Assembly: GCF_030144855.1 (NCBI RefSeq)
Contig: NC_082707.1
Location: 77,810,001 to 77,874,000, forward strand
DNA length: 64,000 nt
From: Hypanus sabinus
Taxonomy: Eukaryota
Reading direction: 5' to 3'
Under the pieces are notes generated by a model that worked only from the letters and a program-made list of their open reading frames with translations, was not told the origin of the DNA and did no database searches. Positions 36,367 through 46,766 of this stretch are shown piece by piece. The position numbers and the translations under genes were made by a program. Position 1 is the stretch's first letter; each line of letters opens with the position of its first letter.

Positions 36367-36588
36367 CCTCTTGTGTTGGGCATCTATCCGATGTTGACCT
36401 CCTCCAAGTATCGCCCTTTGTGATTTCCTCTCGATTCTCTCCTGTATGGTCAAATTGCTAACTGAGGACCACCGCTTCTGCTCCTCGGCAGTTCTGACCA
36501 TCATGGAAACAGGTAACGTGTAGGTCCTAACCCGCAAGACGCGTGTCAGCGAGCGAGAGCAACCCAAAACAGACAACCCTGCCGCCAT
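36367..36588 (-). CDS. PCCB: PCCB coding exon 1 (mitochondrial presequence to ...GGGQHRIDAQHKR)
   Basis: ATG at 36588 (ATCATGG context), Arg/Ser/Leu-rich presequence and LGGGQHRIDAQHKR motif. AGG|GTATGT donor. 222 nt, phase 0, joining exon 2. Confidence 0.95.
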
Positions 36589-37700
36589 GATCGTGAATGG
36601 GGCTCCAGCTCCTGGCAAACCAGACTTAGCCCTAGACTCCCTACGTCACTTGGTTGACGGTCGCAGCAACAATTCGGTTTCTACACTGCAAAGGTGCCGA
36701 CAACTTCGACCAATAAAATAGAAGAAGGCGGGTTCACATATATTGGCACGCATGGTATAGTAAGCAGACGGTACATGCGCATACTAAAATTTAAAAAGAA
36801 TGCAGCGTTTCCAACAGGCGTTGTAGTTCTATGTGAAGCGTCGCAGTGACATTTTCCGCCCAGATTGGTCAACCAAAACTACAATCCCAGCATGCCCCAC
36901 AAGCTCGTAGGCGAAGGACCTCCACGGATGCTCGTTATTGGTTACGTGCTGGTGCCCGCCCTACCAACCTCCCTATAAAAAGGAACCACTTGTATCTTTG
37001 CTTAGATATGCACCATGCAAAAAGCAGTGTGAACACTTGACAGGAAATTATTCCAAGTTATAGCTTTTATTGCAGCCACTGTACGCAAATAAAACTACAA
37101 TCGATGATATTTATTTTGTAAGCATCGTCATAAAAAAGAGGATATTAGCAGGGGGAGAAACAAGAAATGAATCGGATCAGGCAATTGGAAAGGCGCTTCG
37201 CATTACCTTCTTTTTTCATCCAGTCACGTGACCGGCGCTCGAGCACTTTCCGTTTTTTCCTCTTTAAACGAACGTTTCCACCATTTAAATTTTTTTTGCA
37301 GCCCGTCGCCGCCGACCCCCGCGCCCTTATTCGAATCTGGGCAGAATTTAAACAGGGGGCGGGATATAACCGTCAGCGGGCAGCCCGCGAGGCAAGGAGA
37401 GTCGTATAGCCGTCGCAGCGAGGGTAATGGTGGCAATGTCGGGGCGGGTTGCGAGGGACTGAGCTGTGTGTGGTTGGCACGCTCATTCCTTCCCCCTACC
37501 CCACCCTCCACTCCCCTTCCCCCCCTCTTCTCCCTCCCTCGGAAAGGAGCAGGCGGCCCTCGCCGCCGCTGGGAGAGGGGAGCCGGGGGCCGAGCGGAGG
37601 CGAGTTCTCGCGAATGGCGAGAGGCGCGCGCCAAAGGCCCCCCGCGCTCGAGCCAACCGGATCGCGAGAGGGACGCGGAGCCCCGAGTCGGCGCGGCTCG
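36589..37700. promoter_or_regulatory. CpG-island bidirectional promoter region of PCCB and MSL2
   Basis: High CpG content. NRF1-like CATGCGCAT at ~36775, ATTGG at 36864, ZNF143/THAP11-type ACTACAATCCCAGCATGC at 36878-36895 and E-box GTCACGTGAC at 37223-37232. GC boxes at 37356 and 37441; TCTCGCGA-type motifs at 37606 and 37662. Confidence 0.8.
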
Positions 37701-37757
37701 GATGGAGAGGCGGCTCACGGTTAGTCGGCTCCAGCGCAGCACCGCCGCCGTGTTATT

Positions 37758-37835
37758 ATGGCCGTGGCCGAGGAGCCGCTCTACCGGAGACTAGGTCGCG
37801 GCAGCGGTAGCGCCGCTCACACCCCGCTCTGTTAA
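37758..37835 (+). other. Candidate uORF in MSL2 5' leader (MAVAEEPLYRRLGRGSGSAAHTPLC*)
   Basis: ATTATGG strong context. Same frame as MSL2. Its TAA directly abuts another in-frame ATG at 37836. Confidence 0.5.
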
Positions 37836-37895
37836 ATGGACATTGGCAACGCCGCGGAAACTGGGCGTCGGAGAAAAAACGATCGGAAACGCGCT

Positions 37896-37934
37896 CGGCG
37901 GCGGCGGCGGCAGCAGCAGGAGCAGCAGCAGCAA
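37896..37934 (+). repeat. (CGG)5(CAG)3GAG(CAG)3CAA trinucleotide tract upstream of the canonical MSL2 ATG
   Basis: Read directly from the sequence. Confidence 0.9.
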
Positions 37935-37967
37935 CACAGCGGCCTCCCGGGCCGCTCCGACGCCGCC

Positions 37968-38109
37968 ATGAATCCGGTGAACGCCACCAGCCTGTACGTG
38001 TCGACCTGCCGCTACATCATGCAGTGCGAGCCGCAGGAACCCGGCTCCTTCCCTGAGATCTACAAACTGCTGCCTTATCTACGCCAGTCCCTCTCCTGCT
38101 GTGTCTGCG
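37968..38109 (+). CDS. MSL2: MSL2 coding exon 1 (MNPVNATSLY...LRQSLSCCVCG)
   Basis: GCCGCCATG Kozak context and MSL2 N-terminus. 142 nt ending G|GTGAGT, phase 1. Confidence 0.96.
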
Positions 38110-41100
38110 GTGAGTGCTCAACGATGCAAAAGAAAAACCAGGCCAAAACATTGAAACCATGAAGGCCTTTTTTATTTCTTTTTCCAGAGACAGGGAACCG
38201 AAACATTCTATACAATTATATAAGCAGCTACGCGCTTTTCTGTTATTTTAAGCCTGTTTTTCTCCCTTCTCTATTTTCAGTGCATGTGAACACTTCAAGG
38301 AAGGGGTTGTGCATTGCACCAGAGGCCTGTTGTGTTTGCCATCAGAAGTTCGTCAGAATTTGGTTCTTTAATACCTTGCCGATGCAGATGGTGCAAGTTC
38401 AGTTGTAAATGTGTGCGTGTGTTTGTTTTGCTTTTGATCAAGTGCAAGTGGCGTAGTCGGCCCTTCCCCCGCCTTTCGCTTGCGCTCGTATATCCTTTCC
38501 AGTGCAGTTAAGATCATCATACACCGTCTACGAAGTAAAACTAGAATCAGCATGCTTTGTAAAAATCTGGTCCAGCAATCTTTGAGAGCAACAGTTAGAG
38601 CAAAGTTGTTGTTCAATTGGATATTAATGTTTAGGGTAAACAGTTTTTCCTTCCCGAGTTGGGTAAGATTAATTTTGCACTGCAGCAGAGGCCTGTACTG
38701 CCAAACCAGCCTTGTGTGATTTAATTGTCGAAGTCTCTGGTTTTGTTATTATTACAGTGAAGCAATTTAAATGATTTGATTATGTTGAGAATAACAAGTG
38801 GGTTGTATTTATTAATTGCACTATTGTGCAATGTGCACTCTGAATTTGCAGCCAAGGCCTGTAGTGTTGTCAAAGCTGTGGAGCTTTTCACCCACAGCTT
38901 GACCATACGAAATCGTTTTTATTGTAAGGCTTCAGTACGGCTTAAGCAATGACTGTACTGATTGATTGTTTTTCGTTGCAACAGGTCTGTGCTTTTTATA
39001 GTATCGATCACAAACACAATTTGTAATTTTCCTACAAGCCTGTAAGTACAAAGATAACATTATTTGAATGTCCTTTTTTCGCCGAACGCCCAATTTATTT
39101 TGCACTTTCTTTGTACATTTCTTTGTAATTTGAGATCTAGAGAAATAAGGTTGTAGGTTTGCGCTTTGCTGTTCTGTGGTTTGAAAACAAAAGTCGCCAC
39201 GTGTTTGGAGAAAGGAATGGTTTCATCGCAGTGCAACAGTTTCTTAAAACGTGCTGCTGCTTTTTTGAGATTAATGGCTGAACGTGATGAGCATAATATT
39301 GCAAAGGAAAGTTGCTTTTCTCCCTTTTGCATTGACCAGCTATTGTTGCATAAACTAATTTTAAACGCTTGCCCCATTGCGTCGGCGAGAAGAAGTTATT
39401 TTTATAACCAGTTTATAAATACAGAAATTGTAATTCACTACATTCTGTGAACTAATTTGCAGAAAGCTGCAGATACGTTTCAGTCGTCTCACAATCCCTG
39501 GTTGCTGATGCATTCTCCCTAAAAGTAAACACGCACACGTGTTTCTCATGAAACTTCGGCCTGCAATGAAGCAAGTTTACCTTGTGAGGAACTCGATTCC
39601 AATTAGGTTCAGACACCGTCCATTATAATTTTGATATATTCTGAAGAGTATACTAACTGTCGCTGTATAAGATCTAAATGACATTGCGTGGAATGGTTCT
39701 TTTAGATACTTCATGAATGGTTTGTTAAACAGTACCCTCTCTAAGACGGTGTGTTTACTCGTATTTGAATGGATTGAACATTACATGATTGTCCTTCAGC
39801 ATTTATGTTACACGTACAATTTTATTTTCCCTGAAATCCTTTTGTATTGAGATCTCTCCGTCTTTCACTATTCTTTGCCCAGGATTTTGTTTCCACCAAG
39901 GCGTACTGTCGCAGGTCTTGTGCTTAAACATTTTCACTCCCCTTTACAAGGTGGTTCTGTGGGTATTTTTGCTGTTTTGTCTGAACCTTTGCAGTCTCAC
40001 CAAATGGTAAAAAAAAGCTGCACGACTGCACTTGCTGGAAATGCAGCAAATGGAGCTGCATCTATGCAGAAGTTCAAAGTTAATTTTTCAGATTCATGAG
40101 TTATTCATGTTTCTCTGTCCGCAGATGCAGCCAAACATGCTGAGTATTTTCAATACTTTCACCTTTCACCTCTGATCATCATTAGCTGTTTCTCAGATTC
40201 TTTTACTAAACCATTTGCTGAAATGTTATTCCATACTGATTGGGTCTTAAATGGCGACCTCTACTGCATTATTCTTTTAATGTCAAGGCAGGATATCTTT
40301 AAAAGTAAATAAAAGCCTTACAGCAATGGCTGTTTTGAATTCTTTTTGGGATAGTTATCTTGCATTATGGCTCCTGTAGTCTTGTAAATATTTCAGCATA
40401 TTTTAATGTGATAAAGTCACCTTTAAGGTTGATTCCTATGTAGAATATTTGCATTAACATTTCCGATAGTGAAATGTTTTTAATTATATATGGGTATTTA
40501 TTACAAATACTTCCTAGCATTTAAATTGTTTCCTAGACCTGGAAAACAGATGGCAAGGTATTTGTTTCACTGGTGCAATTATTATTGTAATACATAAACT
40601 ATAGTATTGATAAATGGCAAAGGTGAATGGATGTCCAGGTGTGTGTGTTAGAGATAACGTTTATCAAAATAGTGAAAGTCAGATTGAGGAATATAAGTGG
40701 CATTCAGGAAAATATTTTTAATATAAATAATTGGGCTTGGAGAAAGGGGCCAGTGTATTGAGTGAAGTCTCATTGACTGAACAGGCTCGGGTGCTAAATG
40801 TGTTTTTGAGTTCAGGTATGTTTCCCGTGTTTCTGTGTAAATAGTTTTGTATACTTGTATATGTTGTGATCTTGAATAAGGCCAATATGATCTATTTTAG
40901 TCATTTACTTTCCCCTTTTAAATTCACTCTGGCGTCTGGCTTGTATACATTACAGTATCTGACATAACACTTCATACAACATATTGCAATTCTTTGTCCA
41001 TAACTTCCTGAATTCATGGCATTATCAAGAGCAGTTAGATTTTGAGAAGTTCAGGCTTCTCTGTCCAATTCTCAGGTAAAGTTTGATTGAAAGGTAGTCA

Positions 41101-44100
41101 TTTTTTAAAGGTACAGGAGAAGAGAGCCTTTCCCATTTGAAATATTTAATTTCCCTTCCTATCAAGAGGTAGCATCCCTAGCTTTAAGAATTAATTATGC
41201 AGAAATGAGCTAGATTTCTGAATTGAAGAGTGAGATGAAGAGATTGTGCTTGAAAAGAAAGTTCATATTGCAATACTGAATCCTTTGCATTTTAGTAGTT
41301 TATTTCGGTGGGGGGGGGGGAATGCTTGTTTAACATTAAGTTGGGTTGAGAAACTTCATCTCTTTGGTGTTTTGTTCAGGATAAGAAAGTGTAGAATTTG
41401 GAAATTCCGTTTCTTATATCATTCTGGGAGAGCATTCCCACTTCTGTTGAAAAAGTAGTTTTGTAAAAGATGGACTATTGGTTGTTTCTTGATATGGTTT
41501 GTGATTCTGCCTCATTGTTTGGGTGCTGAGCTCTGGGCAGAGTGCCAAGAGTCAGATCATTTAGTATGCATTATAGAAAATAGCAAAGATAATCTGGAAA
41601 ATTTGTATGCATTGAGACTAAATCAGAAAATCAAAAGGGAAAATGTATCCAGATTTATATTCTACTGTTACGTCAGTAATTTGTTAAAAAAAAACATGTT
41701 TATTACCATTTTCCAGTATTCTAATTGGATAGATTTTTCAAAGACTTAGTATTGAGATGAAGAGTTAAATAGTCTGTGACAAATCGTTCTGATTTGCCCA
41801 ATAATTTTCATACACACTTTAATTTTTGGATATCGTAAACAGATTTAGTGTCATCTAAATAAATGAGTTTTTGATACAAGTTTAAGAATTTGATATGTTT
41901 TTAATTTTTGTAATCAAAGAAAACTTCAGGTGCATTTGGTATGGAGTCTAGAGCAGAACCTAAGATGTAAAATCAACTTTGGATTTAATAATGACTAGTA
42001 TTGATTTGGTTACAATTGCCATAATACATTGGTTAAACACTCCTGTAGGATTTACCAGTGGAGTAGATTGAGCTTAATTGAAATTGAAACTTTTACAGAC
42101 CTGATGCTTACTTTGAATCACTTAAAAATAAATTTTAAGTAAAATAAAAAAGTTTAATTACTTGACCAACATACACACACAAAGCTGTAAAAACTCAGCA
42201 GGTCAAACAGAACTTATGGAGGGAATTAAGTTTATATACCTGTCAGCATCTTTGGAGAAAGCAGACTTTATATTTCAGGTCAAAGATGCTTCATCAGAAT
42301 GCTAATATTAAGAGTACGGCTTGTGTTCTGGATTTCGTGTTTAAAATCATTGTGCACATACACTTGATTTATGGGATGATAACTGGATCTCCATTAAACT
42401 TTAATGATCTTTAATTTGTATTTGTTAATTGGATTCTTTCTGGTTTCTTGCTTTGTGGCTACCTGTAAGTAAACAAATCTCAAGGTTGTGTAATTTATAC
42501 ATTCTTTGATAATAAATATACTTTGAATCTTATATTTTTAATTTTAAGTGTGTTTTGAACTTTTAAGACCAGTAACATTCTTGTGAGCCATGTTACAACT
42601 CTAATGCAAATATATCTTTAATGAGTTTCATTGCTTATAACTCCACACAATGTCTTATTGCTTTTCTAATGTGTGATTTTTTTTTTATCTGAGTGGGTCA
42701 GAGTGAAGTAAATTTTTGAGTAATATATACATAATGCTGGGGGAATTCAGCAGGTCAGGCACCACCTATGGAAGCATTTTGTTAGTCCATAGTTGGGTGA
42801 TTATTCTGTCAAAATTAACTGAAAATTTAAATGTTCTACAGTTGTTAGGTGCAGTATATATTTTTTAAGAAAATGTATATTGCATTTAACTTGAGCAGAA
42901 CCTATTTTCTGCACTGTTCATTTTCAGATTTCTTTTAATAAGGAATCCAGGTAGGTAGGAGTACCCAGGGAACTGATATTACATTTTATCTCTGACCTGA
43001 ATGGAAGGAAAAATCATACACTTCCAGTGTAAGTTACGTTGATTTGGTGATTCCAAGAATTGTACTTCAGACTCAATGGCAATCTTTTCACTGTGTAATT
43101 GTGGAATATTATCAGGTGTGAGTGAAGTTCTTTATAGTGCACATTTAACTTGCTTTATTGCAAGGTATGTTTTGGAAGGTGTTCATTGATAAGTGGGTAG
43201 TGATATTAGATAAGGTTAAAAGATGAGCATTACATGGCTTTACATCATTAAGGAAATGGTCTAGAGCAGGGGTCCACGGAACCCTTGGTTAATGATAAAG
43301 GTCCATGGCATTAAAATAAACTCTGGAAAGATTTCCTTGTAAATATATTTCATACCCTGTAGGATTCTATTGTAGACTACTGCAGTGCAAAATGCTATTT
43401 TGCCATGCATTTTCCTTTTTAAAATATATTAAAAGAAGCGTGCTATTATTTGAAATGCCTTGGCTTTTCATCAGATGAAGGAGAGAAATATATTGTCCTT
43501 ATCTGATATGTTTAATAAAAACTATTCATTTTAGAAGGCAAATGTCAAGCAGTTTTGTTCTTTTATTAAGCAAGAAAAAAACTTGTAAATTACTATTTAG
43601 AATTTGATCTATGTCCAGCAGCAAGAGCCCATTACAGTAGTTACACTGTGTTAGCTTCTAAATTTATCCTTTAAAATTGCAATACTAACTTTTTTAACAT
43701 GGTATGAGCCCTTGTACTATGATCAGACATTGATTAATTCATCTGTGATGTGTTTACTCAAGCAACTGATATGAAAGTCCCAGGGTGTTTTGGCTTGCCC
43801 TCACCAGGCCAACAATCAGCAGCTCGTTTCTATCCCTTGAGGAAAATTGCTTTTTAAAGAATTTTTCTTTCAAGTTTAGTATTTTCATCTTTTTTTGTAT
43901 AATACTGCAGTCACTGGGTTTTGGATTTAATTTTGCACATCAAGCATGTTTAACAATTTGTGTAATTTTTTTTTTGTAAATTTGAAGTTTAGATGTAAAT
44001 GTAAACAATTGCAAGTAAAATACCAGTCCCAATCAAGTTGGAATAGTAGTATTAATGGGTGCAATACTAATCAACCAATTCATATTTCTTTTTACTGAGA

Positions 44101-45138
44101 TTTGTTTTTGAGTACAGTTAAAGAAATCTGCAAGGTCAGATCATATTCATAGTTAGCTGGTAACTCATTAAAGAACTTGGGGCTTCAGGGGTTTCCAGAT
44201 TTCATTACATGCACGGAACTACAAAATGTGCTAGAGGTCAAAGGCAAATGACCTTTGGACCAAGTACAGGGTCATTCCGTAACTCACTGTGCTGCAAGGC
44301 TGGATATATCTTGTAACTGGTCTCACCCTCAGTAATGTGACAGGTATAGCTGGTATATCTAGAATGGCATCATTCATTAATCTTGTTAACTAAAATGCAT
44401 GCTAACTTTTCAAGTGTTCTGAACTTATTTTTGATTTGTAATTTTTTTTAAATTGATGGTTTCTAAGTGTCTTGGTTAGAAGCAGAGAGAAGGTATTCTA
44501 ATAGCTTGTACTTACGAAAGATTGTCAAGACAGTCTGCTAGCAGAATCTTGGGTTCCACTGCATGTGGCCCTGTTTCCACTTGGAAAGCACTCCACTTTG
44601 TGGGAAGACCTTACCAGCAATGCTGGCAGTGTACTGAGAAGTATACAGCCACACAAGGCAAGTATAACTACAGAGCTCATGAGCAGCAACTGCAAGTTAC
44701 TATCCAGGTCCCATGGGAACCTGCCCAATCACTGAAACTGTCTTTTAAAGCTGATACTGAAAAATGTACAAGACTGTCTTTTAAAATGAACAAAGGAAAA
44801 TGTTTACTTTAAAATGTTTTATTTGTCAAAGAATTGTTAATATATTCAAATAACCCATCCGTTTTCTTTTTCTTCGCTGTTCTTCCACATTTTAAATAGG
44901 CTAGTGTGTTCTCACGTGATTGATATTTGTATGCTGATGCAACTGTTTGATCATGAACTTGTACTAATTCCTCTCTTAAAGCCATCACACATCAATTTTT
45001 TTTAAAAAGTAACATTGAAAGGATTTCTCAGAAAATAGATGAGAAATATATATATTATTGTACTTTTTACAGAAACTTTAAAATTGTATTTAACATTTAT
45101 CAACATTACTTATGTAATAATAATATTTTCTTTTGCAG

Positions 45139-46766
45139 GAAACCTACTGAAAGATCCAATTGCTCCTACAAACTCCACTTGCCAGCATTATGTCTGCAAA
45201 ATGTGTAAAGGCAAAAAAATGATGATGAAGCCTTCTTGTAGTTGGTGCAAAGATTATGAACAGTTTGAAGAAAATAAACAGTTGAGCATTCTGGTGCGTT
45301 GCTACAAAAAACTATGTGAATATGTAGCAGAATCCCCAATTTCACAGCACCTCACTACAGTTATGGATGGTGCTCCTGACATCTTAAACCTGCTGCAAGA
45401 GGGCCTCTCATTGGATGAAGAGAGGCAAGGGACCGCTGCTTCAGCAAATGCTTTAAACTTATCAAATTCCCCAACCCCGTCAACCTCGGAATGCACCAGT
45501 GACCTGGAAATGGCATCAACACCACAAATCATTGAAAATATTCAAGACCGTGAGCAGGTTTCCAGTAATACTGAATTAACGTGCTCTAGTTTCAATGGAT
45601 TACCTGGTTGCAATGGACTTTCTGTTGGCGAATTCACTGTAAATATTTCTTCTGAAAGTTCAGAAAGGCTCAATACATCCCGTACGGGAGAGGATTTCAA
45701 AAAAAGGGACATTTCTGACAATTTGCAGGCAGTCAACGAAGTAGTTTCTTGTAGTAATGTTGATGTAGTAGGTGTTGACATTTGCAGTTATGGTGAGGAC
45801 ATAAAGCCTATTGGTTCATTGTTACTTACTGGTGGACATGTATTTCAAGACTTGGAAAATGTTGCAAATGATCTAGATGCTTGTAGCAATTATTCACAAT
45901 CGATATCTGAGGCTATTACACCCAATGGACCTCTCTTAGATGCCAAACCTATCTCCTTGCCTTCTAAAAGCAGTATTTTTGTTTCTAGCAATGCACCCCC
46001 TCATGGTATTCCCTGTGTAGCAGCAACGCCCAAAATTGTACGAATGAATCGGAAACGATCCCGGTCAGAGAGTGACAGTGAAAAAATTCAGCCCCTACCT
46101 ATTTCCAGAATTATACATGGTCCGGCATTAGGGGCAGCAGCTCCCATTCCTGCCAAACGAGAGACCAAACTGTCCACCGAAACTGTAGTCACAGTGCCAA
46201 ATGGGGGCACGTTAAAAGTGGGCAAATCCTTGCTTGCGACTAGTAAAAATGTTAAAAAACATTCAGAACATGGAACAAAGAAATCACACTCAAAAGTAAA
46301 GCAGGGAGCAACCAAATCTAAAACCAAGGAGAAGGTTCATAGCAGTGCTATAATGCCTGGTAGCCCATCAAAAATAGCATACAAAAAGCCCCCCGAGAAG
46401 AAGGGGTGCAAGTGTGGACGTGCTACACAAAACCCAAGTGTTCTTACTTGTCGTGGGCAACGTTGCCCTTGTTACTCAAATCGCAAGGCCTGTTTGGACT
46501 GCATTTGTCGTGGATGCCAGAACTCGTATATGGCCAATGGTGAGAAAAAATTGGAGGCTTTTGCCGTGCCAGAGAAGGCCTTGGAACAGACCAGGCTTAC
46601 AGTGGGCATCAGTCTAACCAGCATCAGCAATGCGGTGCGAAATGCAAGCACGAGCGCAAGTGTCATCAATGTGACAACTGGGTCGCCAATACCTACTTTC
46701 CTAGCTGCCAGTCCACATGACGACAAAAGCCTGGATGAAACTATTGACTATCGATATGACTGTTAG
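45139..46766 (+). CDS. MSL2: MSL2 coding exon 2 (rest of RING finger, linker, CXC domain); spliced protein 589 aa E3 ubiquitin ligase
   Basis: TTTTCTTTTGCAG| acceptor in matching phase. RING part DPIAPTNSTCQHYVCKMCKGKKMMMKPSCSWC. CXC domain CKCGRATQNPSVLTCRGQRCPCYSNRKACLDCICRGCQN. Ends YRYDC*. Confidence 0.98.

Noticed and set aside
36589-36618. Upstream extension of PCCB (MPGAGAPFTI) in the ORF track
   Set aside because: It starts at TTG. The ATG at 36588 has good context and begins a typical presequence.
37167-37810. Long overlapping ORFs (172, 188 and 114 aa) in the CpG island as independent genes
   Set aside because: GC-rich, low-complexity Arg/Gly/Pro frames are expected from stop-codon scarcity; several start at non-ATG codons.
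45039-45138. First 33 codons of the 575-aa ORF as the MSL2 N-terminus
   Set aside because: This is intronic AT-rich sequence ending in a canonical acceptor. The true N-terminus is in exon 1 at 37968.
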